Positions 63,615 to 64,000 of a DNA stretch of 64,000 nt are shown here, piece by piece. The notes under the pieces were generated by a model. That model saw only the letters and a program-made list of their open reading frames with translations, did no database searches and was not told the DNA's origin. The DNA lies in contig OZ025660.1 in assembly GCA_964019335.1 (NCBI GenBank), forward strand, positions 1-64,000. The letters run 5' to 3'. Within the stretch, counting starts at the first letter, position 1; each line of letters starts with the position of its first letter. This stretch comes from Diplonema japonicum. Taxonomy: Eukaryota > Protista > Euglenozoa: Diplonemea. A program made the position numbers and the translations under genes.

Positions 63615-64000
63615 CTAATGGGGGCAGTTGCCCGGACCACTCAAAGTGCACCTGTTGTGTTTAATAGAACCAAGGACTACATACTCGCATCTGTGGGAAA
63701 GATCACGCACAAAGCAGATGCCGCATTCCGTGTCCGAGCCCATTGTTGGGCACAGGTGGTTGTACTGCGTGTAAAGGTTGAGCGTAGTGTTGAAGTACTG
63801 AAATTCGGGCATGTTATCGGCACACGAGCCGTGCTTCTCCCATTCGTGTGTCCAGAAAGACTCATCACTCCCGTTGTCAGAAGGCCAGTCCTCCTTCATT
63901 TGCGGGAGCAGTGACTGGACCTCTGTCTCATTGAATGTAACGTTCCTGCAGTAGCCACTTGAAGCAGCGGCCCACTGCGGCCACAGCCCGTGAATGGTCC
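63615..64000 (-). CDS. Ribonuclease T2 family protein (3' part; starts beyond the window)
   Basis: CAS I TIHGLWP at the window edge and CAS II FWTHEWEKHGSC, in one open frame. Confidence 0.9.
   Translation of the reverse strand, partial: TIHGLWPQWAAASSGYCRNVTFNETEVQSLLPQMKEDWPSDNGSDESFWTHEWEKHGSCADNMPEFQYFNTTLNLYTQYNHLCPTMGSDTECGICFVRDLSHRCEYVVLGSIKHNRCTLSGPGNCPH

Overview
Eukaryotic DNA, most likely from a diplonemid (Euglenozoa). This is inferred from a diplonemid-type spliced-leader (SL) relic at 18080-18115 and from the co-orientation of all genes and elements on the minus strand. About 75-80% of the window is non-LTR retrotransposons. Left end: a (GGGTTTGC)n tract joined to two CRE-like RLE elements carrying an OTU protease domain. 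Middle: a few host genes (Cys-rich secreted repeat protein, bacterial-type AA10 LPMO fused to CBM1, LVIVD-repeat protein, ubiquitin-like/ankyrin gene), an SL-capped decayed retroelement and a decayed pogo-like transposon. Right two-thirds: two tRNA genes (Val-CAC, Arg-CCT) act as retrotransposon docking sites. (1) A two-ORF APE-RT-RNase H family inserts repeatedly upstream of the tRNAs, with target-site duplications ending at tRNA nucleotide +1, building polarised head-to-tail stacks. (2) In that family ORF1 and ORF2 are in frame and separated by a single conserved UGA, a conserved 47-codon linker and a 2A-like NPG/P motif, suggesting coupled readthrough plus StopGo recoding. (3) An unrelated RT element with a poly(T) rather than poly(A) 3' tail sits at the tRNA-Val Pol III terminator. 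A partial RNase T2 gene closes the window. All calls are by eye; no searches were run.
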